The notes: generated from the letters alone by a model not told the origin. A stretch of DNA of 64,000 bases from an uncultured Nitrososphaeraceae archaeon (GCA_963825865.1 CAWGVG010000044.1:1-64000); one strand, 5' to 3'; positions 24,804 to 36,624 are shown, counted from the stretch's first letter. Numbers and translations are program-made.

Positions 24804-27800
24804 CTATACCTTCTCCTTAGCAAGCAAACGGGGAGCCACATTAAGGCTCATCATTTCTTGCAATAACAGTTTGAAAGCGTATGCAATTACTACAGAAGAA
24901 ATCTTTCCCTTATCCCCACACACCCTACAGATATATCTTCGCAGTTTCACATCATAATAAGACAAAAGCCACAACGTTCACAGACATTTACTTCAGCCTT
25001 GTCAGACTCTTCAAGCAATCTGTCCTTGAGCATCATTGATGCACCATATGCGATAAGGCAATCCCTCTCCATTTCTCCAAACCTAAGACCGCCCCCTCGC
25101 GCCCTACCTTCCGTTGGTTGTTTTGTAAGCATTTGGACTTGGCCTCTTGCTCTACTATGAATCTTATCTGCTACCATATGATGCAGTTTTTGATAGTAAA
25201 CAACACCAATATATACATCAGCAGGAAACTTCTTTCCAGTCCTGCCGTCATACATAACTTCTTTGCCAGTATATTTGAAGCCATATTGTTCCATGACACC
25301 CTTAATATCATCTAATTTCTCGCCAAGAAATGCAGAGCCATCAACAATTCTGCCCCACAATGAAGCAGCTTTTCCTCCCAAAGACTCCATAAACTGTCCT
25401 ACAGTCATCCGTGATGGAAATGCATGAGGATTTATCATAATGTCTGGAACAATACCATCTTCAGTATATGGCAGGTCTTCTTGGCTTACCAGCATACCAA
25501 CAACACCTTTCTGTCCATGTCGTGAGGCAAATTTGTCACCGATTTCAGGAATGCGCATGTCACGAACTCTGATCTTGTACATCTTGCCTCCTTCTACAGA
25601 CTGAGTCATGATAACAGTGTCAACGACGCCGTTTTCTGATGGCCTGACACCAACCGAAGTATCTCTTCTGTATGGACCCTTGACCTCAAATTCTTTATAT
25701 TCTTCCATAAATCTAGGAGGAGATGTTCTGCCGATCAAAATATCTCCACCCGTCACCACTGCCTCGTGCATTATTGCGCCGTCCTGCTCTAGCAAACGGT
25801 AGGCTTTTTCTCCTCTGTAAGCCCCTGATGTTGGCATCTGAGGCTGGAAGTTCAAAGTTATCTTTCATTCCACCAGGGTATTGTTTTGCTTCTGCTTCAT
25901 AAACCCTATAAAAGAATGTTCTGCCAAGCCCTCTATCAACTGATGATTTGTTGAATACTACAGCATCTTCAATATTGTAGCCTTCAAATGGTAGAACGGC
26001 AACGACACAATTCTGTCCCGTTGGACGGTCATCAAGACCTAAGTAGATTAATTGCCTTAGTGCTCACCATAGGTGTCTGAGGGTATAGCATAAAGTGCTG
26101 CCTGACGTATGTGCTTGCATTCATCAATGGCGTTGAAAAGCCAAGACTTTGCTTTGCCATCGCACTTTCATAGGTATTTCTTGGTGATTGATTGTGCTCA
26201 GGATAAGGAATGATTGAAGCTCCGACACCCAAGAATAGCAGATGGAAATATTTCCAGATGAGTGTGCTAGTATTCTCTATCTTTTTTGGATCAATTGCAA
26301 CATAGCAGTTCTCTTCTTCGTTTGCATCTACTAGCTCGATCATGCCCATATAGAGCAGATCATTCCATGAAAGGAACTTTTTTGACTATCTTTTCAATTA
26401 TCTCGTCCGTTACAAGTGCCTTAGCCATCTCTTAACTACTGCAAGTGGTCTCAGCACTCTGCCAGCGTTGCAGCTAATGTAAAGGCGCTTTGTAGCATTA
26501 GCGTTCATTGATGAAGTAAAGGTATATGCCGACATGAGGATGAATTTTGCCCGACCTCGCCTCATTGACTTAAGCGTGTTTGCTAGATGTTGCCATCCTC
26601 TCAATATAACCTATTAATCGGCCGTCAACAAACACCCTAGTGCCTGATCTTCCTCATTTATCATTGTCGTCGTCAACATGCCCTGGATTCCAAGTTCATA
26701 CAACTTTTCTATAATTTCGGCAGATGAGACGTTGACTGAAATTATAGCGGAAAGCGCAAGATTCTTGACAAGTCCGCAGTTGGAGCCTTCAGGAGTTTCT
26801 GCTGGACATATTCTGCCAAAGTGAGTAGCATGTAAGTCCCTTGCCTCAAAATTAGGCTGGCTTCTACTAAGTGGAGACTGGATCCTTCGCAAATGCGAAA
26901 TAGTTGACATATAGTTTGTTCTATCAAGCAGCTGTGTGACGCCTACTCTCCCCCTGCCCCAGTTACCTGTTGCAATGGCGTTATTCAGTTTATCTGACAC
27001 AATGCCAGGTCTGACAGCCGCAGCGACAGCATTGATACCACGTTTTTGGCCTGAGCGCTCCAGCTGATACTTCATATCGCGTATCAAATTGCGAAAGGCA
27101 GTCCGGAACAGGTCTGCAAGCATCTGGCCTGCAAACTTGATCACTTTGTTGCCATAATGGTCTTTATCATCAGCATCTATCCAGCCAAGCTTGAGTTCAA
27201 TTAGTTTGCAGGCTGCTTCGCCCAAGAACAGGGCTTTTTCATGCCTGTTGTCAGGATTCTTGCCAAGGTGTGGCAAAAGACCCCAGTCAAGCAATGTTTC
27301 GGCATCGCTTGATTTGGAATTCTTCAAGCATGCCTGGTGCAATTCTCTTGCTGATATATACAATTGCATCCCTGCTTCTGCTCACATCTCCTGCTTTCTC
27401 AAATGAAGGCTCAAGCTCATCTTGAATGATTTCATTGAGCGAAACGGAGTCAGCGATATCTTTGTCAGATTCAAGACCCAGAGCCCTTATTAGCGTTATA
27501 AGTGGAATATCTACTGGCGAGCCTGGGATCTTGGTTACTATTGAGCCATCTGGGCGCATTATCAGCTCTAGCTTTGCTCTATAGCCCACAATTGAGGAAT
27601 AGACTTTGGCCTTGTACAGCAGAGTGCCCGTGGCTTCTTCGGCATCAACAATTATTTTATTATATGAAAGATCTTCAAGCCCTACGATCACACGCTCTGA
27701 GCCGTTAATGATAAAGTATCCACCGGGGTCCCGGGCGTCTTCGCCAAATTCGACGAGCTTGGACTCAGGCAGGTTGTGCAGAATGCAAGTATTGGACTTC

Positions 27801-28168
27801 ACCATCACAGGCATGTCGCCTATATGGATAAAGCGCGATTCCAGAATCTTGCCGTCTTCTACTACACTACATTCCAGCATCACCGGCGACGCATAGGTCA
27901 AGTTACGGAGCCTTGCTTCCATCGGGGCAACATGTGTTATCGAGCCATCAAGCTCCATTATTCTAGGCTGCTGGAGTTTGATCTTCCCCAGTTTGATCTT
28001 GTAAGGATATTCTGCAGTTTCTATTTCAATTTCGCCTACTTCGTCGATTATACTTTGGAGCCCCCGCTCCATGAATTCGTTATAAGAGTTCAGGTGCTGC
28101 CTTGCAACTCCTTCCCTTCGTAAAATATCATTGATAATCGGCCACATCTCGATAGAATTCTCTATCAT
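24804..28168 (-). CDS. rpoB: RNA polymerase subunit Rpo2 (many indels)
   Basis: [48 protein letters not shown]. Confidence 0.97.
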
Positions 28169-28175
28169 TGTAGAC

Positions 28176-28427
28176 TCAACCCTCTACGACGTAACGGTAA
28201 TATACACTTTCACCTGCGGTTGGGCTCTTTCTAGTTATTTTAATAATATCACCGGGCCTAACATCTAAGTCTTCGAGCGCCTTGTCGCTTTTCATAACGT
28301 ATGGAAGCTGGCTTGGCTTGGCGTTGTACTTTTTTAGAATCTCTTCTGCCTGGTCCTTGGGCAGGATTTCGTGTTTTGGCTGGTAAATATGATTAGTTAT
28401 CTTGACTATCTTTTTTTCAATAGACAA
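28176..28427 (-). CDS. rpoH: RNA polymerase subunit Rpo5
   Basis: HIYQPKHEIL, QLP, PGDIIKITRKSPTAG..YYRYV. Confidence 0.96.
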   Translation of the reverse strand: MSIEKKIVKITNHIYQPKHEILPKDQAEEILKKYNAKPSQLPYVMKSDKALEDLDVRPGDIIKITRKSPTAGESVYYRYVVEG

Positions 28428-28952
28428 CTTTATTATAATCTCACCAATCATTTTGTTACGAGATAACTTTTGCCGGTCAAACCCTCACTTATTATGTAGA
28501 AGAACGAGCATATATAAAATTCCAACCATCCCAAAATATCAAAGATGTTCTTTAATAAACATTTCGATGTATGTGAATTATATCGTCTATCAAAATGGTT
28601 AAATTTTATTGATATTTACTGCCAACTTCAAACATATTCCTTACTTACTGCTTTATATTATTGTCAATTATTTTTTATTTAACATTGATTCCAGCTATTA
28701 TCTATATTATACTTGAAATACCACCTCCGTATTTTGAAAGGTATTGTAATCATAGTTCCACAGTGGTCATAATTGCTATCATAAATTATGTTCAAACAGA
28801 TCGAGGTTGTAATAAAAATAGTTATACTAGACAAATTCATTCTGAATATATAGAAGGTTACACATGAGTCTTTTTTTTACAATGTTTATGATGTTTATTA
28901 AGATTGAGCTATCCTGCATGCTTATAGATCTATATTTTGATTGTGGGGCAGA

Positions 28953-28978
28953 ATTGAGCAGGTAATAAACTGCTCAAT
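28953..28978. promoter_or_regulatory. Perfect inverted repeat ATTGAGCAG-N8-CTGCTCAAT
   Basis: Seen directly in the rpoH / PEFG intergenic region; function unknown. Confidence 0.45.
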
Positions 28979-29085
28979 GACGACTGCGATAATATTAAAC
29001 AAATTCAATAATAGGTCTTTTTTAATTAATTTTAATTCAAAACATATTTTCCATTTTAGAGTTAGGAAGTTAGTCATATCTCTTT

Positions 29086-30430
29086 ATGGAGCAGAACGCC
29101 AAAAAGATAAATAGCAATATAAACAAAGCAGGTCAGGTGTTCGTCAAGGGTATGAATTACAAAGCTTATACACTAATTGTAATACTATCGGTATCAATTG
29201 CACTGATTGGTGCTAATGCTGCATTAATAAGAGGAGCATTTTCTCAAACTAATTTGGTGACTGTAAAGACAGACAAGGCAGAATATCAAAAGGGCAACTT
29301 GATCATAATTTCAGGAAAAGTTGAAACTCTAAGAGCAGGAGCTGAAGAGCCACTTTTGGTTCAGGTTTTCAATCCAGCAGGTGCGAGCGTACAGAGCGGA
29401 TTTAGTTAACATAGCCGCCAATGGATCATATAATGATAAGTTGAACATTGGAGGTCAACTTGGAATAAACGGGCGAATACAGAGTTGTAGTGACATACGA
29501 CAAGGCAAATGAACAAAGTTTATTTCATTTTGTATCAACTACTGCACCACACAACGGCAATAACACATACAATCTAAATATTAATGGTAAAGCCTACCCA
29601 CTCGCTTATCAGATCACAGGTGCAGGTAATAAACTCAATAGCATTACCGCACAACTTGACAATACAACGCTGCTCCTAAACACATGTAGCCCAATCAAAC
29701 GGAAAATTGACAATTGAACTTCCAAGAAATGTAATAGACTCTAAAAAACAGGGTAACACTGACGAGCCTTATGCAGTCTGGGAAGATGGTCAACCTCAAT
29801 CTGCTGACGAAATAAATACAAAAAATAATTCACAGGCAAGGACATTGGCAATTGACTTTGATAAAGGTAATGGCCAAATCGAAATTGCGGGTAATAAAAT
29901 AGTGCCTGTGACCACAACTCAAGCTGGAGCTAGTGGTAACAGTAACTCATCCATTACTGCTGCGCATGCGGTTGGTCTTAATAATACAATTAATCTTAAA
30001 TTTGATGGTAAAGCCTACCCGCTCGCTTATCAGATCACCGGTGCCGGTAATAAACTCAGTAATGTAAGTGCACAGAGAGATAATACAACGCTGCTCCTAA
30101 ACACTGGTAGCCCAATCAAACGGAAAATTGACAATTGAACTTCCAAGAAATGTAATAGACTCTAAAAAACAGGGTAACACTGACGAGCCTTATGCAGTCT
30201 GGGAAGATGGTCAACCTCAATCTGCTGACGAAATAAATACAAAAAATAATTCACAGGCAAGGACATTGGCAATTGACTTTGATAAAGGTAATGGCCAAAT
30301 CGAAATTGCTGGTACTAAAATGACACCGGAATTTGGTACAATCGCTATAATCATACCCGCCATAGCAATAATAGGAATCATCATAGCTGGTGTCAAATAC
30401 AAGCAATTTAGTTTTCGGCCAAGGCAGTAA
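29086..30430 (+). CDS. PEFG-CTERM surface protein with signal peptide and duplicated domain (4 ORF fragments)
   Basis: Hydrophobic N-terminus, VKTDK..Y..G..I.ISG, two LTIELPRNVIDSK domains, C-terminal PEFG + TM + basic tail. Confidence 0.88.
29584..30309 (+). repeat. Intragenic direct repeat of ~305 bp (29584-29888 and 30005-30309, offset 421)
   Basis: 3' ~230 bp of the two copies nearly identical at nucleotide level. Confidence 0.95.
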
Positions 30431-30442
30431 CTTTTGCTTCCT

Positions 30443-30850
30443 TGTCCTGCCATAATGAAATTTATGCATGAAGTAATGGCACCTGAAGATGTTGAGACGG
30501 TCCTTGACTTTATAGCTTATTGATTATGGCATGCTTTTCCGCTTCACAAATATCTTTTGTTCAATGGTTCTGGCAGAAATGGGAAGCCGTTATGCTCGAA
30601 ATAATTAAAAGACTTTTGGGGGCAACAAAATGTTTCGGGTGAAAGTCTTCACCGGTTGTTGGAAAACAGATTTGCTACAGCTGAACTGTATGGTAAGCTA
30701 GCCAATATAGATGCTGACTTATCAAAAGAAGCGCTCAAGAACACAGGTACACTCAAGAAGATGACAGGTGGAGATTACATACCTGCAGAGGAAAAGTTTC
30801 CACCTGCATTTAAATTTGTCATGCTAAATTGCTTTTTTCCGCTAATGAGA
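30443..30850 (+). pseudogene. Fragment of a P4/D5-family primase-helicase (SF3 helicase)
   Basis: CPAIMKFMHEV..DFIAY*LWH..KYLLFNGSGRNGK (Walker A), NRFATAELYGKLANIDAD, LKKMTGGD.I.AEEK; in-frame stop, truncated at both ends. Confidence 0.8.
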
Positions 30851-31892
30851 TCCCACAGTATTTTATGCTCAAATATGGCATTCCATTGGTAGTAAAGAAA
30901 AGTATGGAATCTTAAGACAGTTGAGGCAACTCGACTACACAGCAGTTGACCCTCTGCAAATCTTTGGAATTTCTTACCAGCACCTTTGATGCGCAATATA
31001 GCGCATAAGGTTTCAATCTCAGTCGGTTTCTAACACTTCATTTTTAGGAAAAAAGTCTCCTATCTTAGGAGGTTGAAGCATTAACACGAACTGAAGTACG
31101 TCTAGCTAATGGTTCAGATTCTATAACCGTGCCTCGCTATAACAAATGGATTGTATAAGTGTGGCATTTCGGAGTGGATGCACTAGATTAATATGCAAAG
31201 AAGGAATTCCATGTTACTTTCGAAGAAGGCATCTCAGACCTGTATATGATTTATACTAAACGTATGAAAGATGGCAAGAGTATAGTTAGAGTATAACGAC
31301 AGACAAATCTATGACTGAGTGCTAAAGAAGCCACAGTTAATCGGGATGCAAATGTACATTGTACAAGTCGCTAAGTTGTACTCATTATCTGTGGATTCCA
31401 ATACGAGGAGCGAATCCTGTATTCCTACCATACGAGTTGCCATTACTGTATCTTTCTTTACCAAGACATGACTTGGATATTGAAGACGTAACGCATGAAG
31501 GACTTAATTACTTGAGGCTTCAAATCCTGCTGCCACTTTTTAGAACTCTGGTTATTTATAATTGAATTATGTTTGTTCATCTGTTTGTTTGATTTTTCGG
31601 CTCCATTCATCACCCCCGATATATTTACCAAAGATATTTTCAACTCTCAGGGTAAGAAGATCGTCAACTAATTTTCAGCAACGCCAGGTGCAAAAAAATG
31701 ACAAGTGAGTGGCTTCAATGGTTCAGTTACAGCCAATAACGCTTAATATAAAGTCTTGAACTTAATCTTATTCTAATGTTTTTAGGAAGCGGAATAAATC
31801 ATCTTTAGCCCTTTTTCCTGAAGCTAACACTCTTTGTACTCATTTGGTATACCCAGTTTCAAAAGCTCTGCTCCTCACTTTATCATTGATTA

Positions 31893-32898
31893 TGCTCTGT
31901 TGCATAATTCATTAGGATTTTAGGTTATGCAAACCGTTAGCTAGGTCATTCGATTGAACATGTTATACAGAGACTGCCTTTAGGAGGATTCTCTTTTACC
32001 ATGTGAGGAAACTTTCTAGCTGTTACATGTTCACCAAATGTTCTTTTAATGGAAGAGAATGCTGTTTCTGCTATCCACCTGTACCCATAGCTCACGCTAC
32101 GCTTCCATTTTTTGAGGTTTGTCTGTTGTTGTCTTACTACAGACATATTCCTAGCATGACAGTTAGTTGACTTGACCTTGGAATTACTTCTTGTCTTTAT
32201 ACCAGGCTTAATGTGGTTCTTTGATAGGTATCTAAAATTGTTATTGCTGTCGTACATACCATCTGCTAATATACCCTTCAGATTATTATTTTCAGAAGCA
32301 TTGTCTACTAACTTCTTTAGCATCTTACCATCATGTACCTCTTCACTTGTTACCTCCAGAGATACAATTCTTTTCTTCTCGATATCAACTGCTATGTGTA
32401 TCTTTAGATATCCTTTTCTGACATGCCATTTGTGGTGCATCCATTCCCCTCGATTAGCTACCTTAATGCCGGTGCTGTCTAAAGCAATGACAATATCATT
32501 TCCTAATTTTTCATCGATTTTAATCTCTAGCCTGTTTATACGTCTATTAATGGTGCACTATAATGTGGTGTGTTTGATACTTCTTTACTTGCATGAGCTA
32601 TGACTACACCCTGTGTTTGTCTATATGGTAGATGGAAATATGCTCTCATGTAACCTAGAAGCTGAATAAATGAATTTGGGTAGCAGTAGGGCTCACCAAC
32701 CTTACCAAGGTTCATTTGACATAATTCATGATCCCATCGATCAAGTACATCAAAATCCAAGAGTACTTGACCACGCCTAACTAGTGATTCATTATAGCAA
32801 GGCCAGTCAACCATACCAGAATAATTAATACTAGCAAGCTAAATGGTGAGTGGTCAAATAAGTATCACTTACAAGATGATTAATCATGCAACAAAGCA
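31893..32898 (-). mobile_element. IS5-family (IS903-like) insertion sequence
   Basis: TIRs TGCTCTGTTGCATAATT / TGCTTTGTTGCATGATT; direct repeat ATTGATTA(T) at 31885 and 32899; transposase inside. Confidence 0.92.
31926..32814 (-). CDS. IS5-family DDE transposase (frameshifted)
   Basis: WPCYNESLVRRG, LPYRQTQG, ALDSTGIK, GEW..HKW, KIHIAVD, ADGMYD, YGYRWIAETAFS. Confidence 0.9.
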
Positions 32899-32934
32899 AT
32901 TGATTATACATTGTGGTATCAGGTCGATTCACCG

Positions 32935-34659
32935 TCAAATTGATGGAGAATCTTCATCGTCATTCTGTTTTTTAGAGGATGCCTCTATTTCTAACTTGTT
33001 CGATGTTGATTGTGATTGTGTCATGTTTCTTTTTAAAATGAGTACAAGTGCAATAGATATAGCAGAAATTAATGCAGCTGTTAGAAATATCAGGTTATAA
33101 GATATTGGTGAAGGAAAAGAGGTGCTGCCACTACTAACTCCTTTTGCAAACACCTGATGGGTTTGCATGTATATTGCTGCAATAGCTGGTCCAATTGAGC
33201 TTCCAATTAGCACGAGTACGACTGACATCCCAAGTGATACTCCACTAAATTGTAGTGGAGTGTATTCCATTGTGATATTAAATGCACCCACTTGTATCAA
33301 TGAGATTCCACCGGCTACTATTGCTAGATTTATTGCAATCATAAATTCTGTTGAGTGGAACATAAAGAGGCTGAAAAAACCAATGGTCATAATGATAGTT
33401 CCTGCTATAGTTGGGATGAAATTACCTATCTTGGATACAATGAAACCAGAAGAAGGAGCGAATACCAAAAACACGATCATGAATGGTAGTTGAACCATTG
33501 CACTCGCTACGGCATCTCCGCCAAATCCAAACGGAAGAGGACTTCTTACTAATATTGGTGTAGTCTGATATGCCATGAACATAGTCATTCCAAAAATCAA
33601 GATAAGGATATTTGCAGGAAGAAGTACTTTATGTCTCATTAAACTGAGCTCAATTAATGGCGATGATGCTCTTCTCTCTATAATAACAAATAAGACTAAT
33701 GATCCGACGGACAACAAGGCTAATGACACGATTATAACCTGTGTAGAATGTGCGCCGACGTTACTACTACTATTACCATTTCCAATATATGTAAGCGTTA
33801 GTAAAAAGGAGGCTATCGTAACAGCCAAAGTTATGGCTCCTTTTACATCAAGGTTTTGCCTTCCGCTATTATTAGCACCAACCCCGCATGGGTCTGGAGA
33901 AGACACTCTACTGGACTCGGTATTGGCATCTGCTTGCGTCAAATTTCCTTCTTCTTTTTCTACACCCCCAGTCCTCTTGTTATCACCATGAATTAACCTA
34001 TTGATTACTATCCAAAGGCTAATAGCAACTGGCACTATCAAAAGAAATGTAGCATGCCAGCCAAAGCTTTGGATTATACTTCCACCTACTGCTAATCCCA
34101 CTACCGATCCTGCAGCAAACATTGAGCTGAATACTCCTACACCTATTGCAAGCTTCTCCTTTGGCAACTGGTCTCTTATAATTCCAAAAGCTATTGGAAA
34201 CATGGATATACCTATACCTTGAATAACTCTTGCAGCAAGTAGAAAAGATATGTTCGTTGAGAATCCTCCAGCAAAAATTCCTATGATATAAATTATCAAT
34301 ATTATCGCTACCATTTTCTTCCGTCCGTAGATGTCAGATAACTTTCCGGCAATGGGAGTAGCGACAGCACCTGAGATAAGATATGCTGTGAGTATCCAAG
34401 ACAATGTACTATACGAAATATCGAAATCCTGGATGATGTCACGAATAGCGGGTAATAACATCGTCTCACCGTACATTGTAATTAGAATGGTGGATCCTAG
34501 AATCGCAAGTGTAATCCATGCAGACGTTGTAATTTTTTTAGAAGTTTCTAGCGACTCTGATTTTGAGTAAGTTGATGACTCTGGTCGTCGTTGGTTCTCT
34601 TTGTGTGCTTTGCTATTGTGAACCCTCTCGTCTTTGTTTAAATCATCCATCATAATCAC
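32935..34659 (-). CDS. MFS transporter, 14-TM DHA2-like
   Basis: SWILTAYL, GKLSDIYGRKK (motif A), ARVIQGIG, DVKGA. Confidence 0.92.
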   Translation of the reverse strand: MIMMDDLNKDERVHNSKAHKENQRRPESSTYSKSESLETSKKITTSAWITLAILGSTILITMYGETMLLPAIRDIIQDFDISYSTLSWILTAYLISGAVATPIAGKLSDIYGRKKMVAIILIIYIIGIFAGGFSTNISFLLAARVIQGIGISMFPIAFGIIRDQLPKEKLAIGVGVFSSMFAAGSVVGLAVGGSIIQSFGWHATFLLIVPVAISLWIVINRLIHGDNKRTGGVEKEEGNLTQADANTESSRVSSPDPCGVGANNSGRQNLDVKGAITLAVTIASFLLTLTYIGNGNSSSNVGAHSTQVIIVSLALLSVGSLVLFVIIERRASSPLIELSLMRHKVLLPANILILIFGMTMFMAYQTTPILVRSPLPFGFGGDAVASAMVQLPFMIVFLVFAPSSGFIVSKIGNFIPTIAGTIIMTIGFFSLFMFHSTEFMIAINLAIVAGGISLIQVGAFNITMEYTPLQFSGVSLGMSVVLVLIGSSIGPAIAAIYMQTHQVFAKGVSSGSTSFPSPISYNLIFLTAALISAISIALVLILKRNMTQSQSTSNKLEIEASSKKQNDDEDSPSI

Positions 34660-34791
34660 TTACTTTTGGATTAAATGAGATAATATATAATAGCACATTT
34701 TATAAATAGCGTTCCATGTTCCAAAATAAGAAATATAATCAAGAAAAACATGCCACAGAAATTACTCTATTGAGTTCAAATGAAAACGTCA

Positions 34792-34831
34792 TGGTAACAG
34801 GTGGTAGCAGAGTGGTAACAGGTGGTAGCAG
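34792..34831 (+). repeat. Tandem repeat 2 x TGGTAACAGGTGGTAGCAG (four TGGTARCAG units at 10-11 bp spacing)
   Basis: Units start at 34792, 34802, 34813 and 34823; followed by an AT-rich tract. Confidence 0.85.
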
Positions 34832-34929
34832 GCAGCTTTATCATTCTTTTTTATTGTATATTTATTATATACATTTAGATATATGGTATTAACAAGACAG
34901 GAAGGAGAAAAGACTTGTTAGACCTCTAC

Positions 34930-35150
34930 AATCAAGGAAAAAACACACGTGAAATATCTGAAGAGGCTAGAATGTCATTTAATCTCAAAAGTTCCTAGAT
35001 GATTTGGCTAAAGAAAGTCTACCTATGATGTATTCTACCTCATTAGAGGGTATAAAACAAATTCTTAAAGAATGTTGGAATGTATATGAATCGTTAGATG
35101 AGTCAATAAACTATTTTCAAAGATTAGCAGCTCTAAGGAAAAGAATACAT
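34930..35150 (+). pseudogene. Decayed small mobile-element-type ORF
   Basis: AKESLPMMYSTSLEGIKQILKECW..QRLAALR resembles, from memory, a small HTH-associated protein family of Nitrososphaera-type elements; 5' part broken. Confidence 0.35.
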
Positions 35151-35826
35151 TTTCCCGCAGTTCAAGATAATAGATATCTTACGTCTCATTCCTTCTCTGC
35201 GTTGGTCCAAATGTGTCTCCTATTCTTCTGAATATTTCTATTCCCCACTCCCAATTATAACCTGCGAGCCCTACAATCATTCCACATCCTTAGAGCTCTG
35301 ACTTTTGTGCACTACTTATACCTATCAATCCTATAATAGTTCGATTCAAACTCCCATAAATCTATCAACAAGCATTTCACAAACTATTTTCTCTTAGAAG
35401 AGTGCCTTACTTTTATAATTTTTGTATATTGTTTCCTTATCGCTTTCCCATACTAGGGTTGAAAATAAATGAGCATAACGTTCAAGAAATTACCTATGTT
35501 CACTTAGATCTTTAGATGCGTCCCAGAATATAAAAAGAGGACAAATGAGACATTAAATACTGTAAAGCCAAAAGTAAAGGCAGACAAAAATTCTAGGTGT
35601 TTGAATTAAACCATAAAGGAATAAAAGAGATTAATAATAAAAGAAATATGGACCAGTCCATGGCATTAGCCTGCTTTCATAATAATAACAAATTTGATAA
35701 TAAAGATAGATCTAAAAATAAATATTTGGTTGGTTGGTTGATTGATTTGTCGATTGAATGTCTGCTAGATAATGCTATCTATGGTCTTACAGTAGTAATA
35801 AATAAAGTTCCCTAAAATTAAGCAAC

Positions 35827-36624
35827 ATGAAGCTTGTTGTATCTACTACCGAATTAAAGGCCTTATCTAATAAATATAAAAAGAATTTACTTATAATAGA
35901 TACCAGACCATTTTCAGATTATACAGTTGGCCATATTCCAAATGCCATTAACATAGACCTGATGCAGTTTCACTGGCTTGACACTACCAAAGTAGGCATT
36001 GCACAATTTAACAAACAGATGAAGATTCTTATTTCAAATATTGGTATCACAAGAAGCAAGTTTGTAGTCTTTTACGACAATGTCTCAGGACCTTCTGCAG
36101 CTAGAGGAGTTTGGTTATTGCTTTATTTCTCACACAATAAAGTTGCAATGCTCAACGGAGGATTTGAGAAATGGAAGAAAATAGGTCGTGAAGTAGAAAC
36201 AATGAGCAATCAATTTATTCATTCCAATTTTGAAGGTAGACCTAATTCTAAAATACTTGCAGATTTTAAGGAAGTAAAATCAGCAGTACATAAGAAGAAT
36301 GTGAAAGTCATAATCGACACGCGTTCTAAATCGGAGTATAATGGTTCTACCGTACGAGGTGCGAGAGCTGGACACATACCTACAGCAATAAATATCGACT
36401 GGAATAATAATATTGAAAATGATATTTTCAAACAGCGTATAAAGATAAGACAAATATATTCACATATTCCAAAGCACAGAGAGGTTATAACGTATTGCCA
36501 AGGAGGATACAGAGCCGCTAACACCTTTGTTGTTTTGAAAATGCTTGGGTATGAAAATGTTAAAATGTACCTGGGTTCATGGGGAGAATGGGGTAATAAA
36601 TTAGAGTTACCTGTTGAAAAATGA
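35827..36624 (+). CDS. Tandem-domain rhodanese / sulfurtransferase
   Basis: IDTR, GHIPNA, LNGG, GHIPTA, active loop YCQGGYRAA, YLGSWGEW. Confidence 0.93.
   Translation: MKLVVSTTELKALSNKYKKNLLIIDTRPFSDYTVGHIPNAINIDLMQFHWLDTTKVGIAQFNKQMKILISNIGITRSKFVVFYDNVSGPSAARGVWLLLYFSHNKVAMLNGGFEKWKKIGREVETMSNQFIHSNFEGRPNSKILADFKEVKSAVHKKNVKVIIDTRSKSEYNGSTVRGARAGHIPTAINIDWNNNIENDIFKQRIKIRQIYSHIPKHREVITYCQGGYRAANTFVVLKMLGYENVKMYLGSWGEWGNKLELPVEK

Noticed and set aside
34792-34831. Possible mini CRISPR array
   Set aside because: Only two 19-bp copies 2 bp apart, no spacers and no cas genes.
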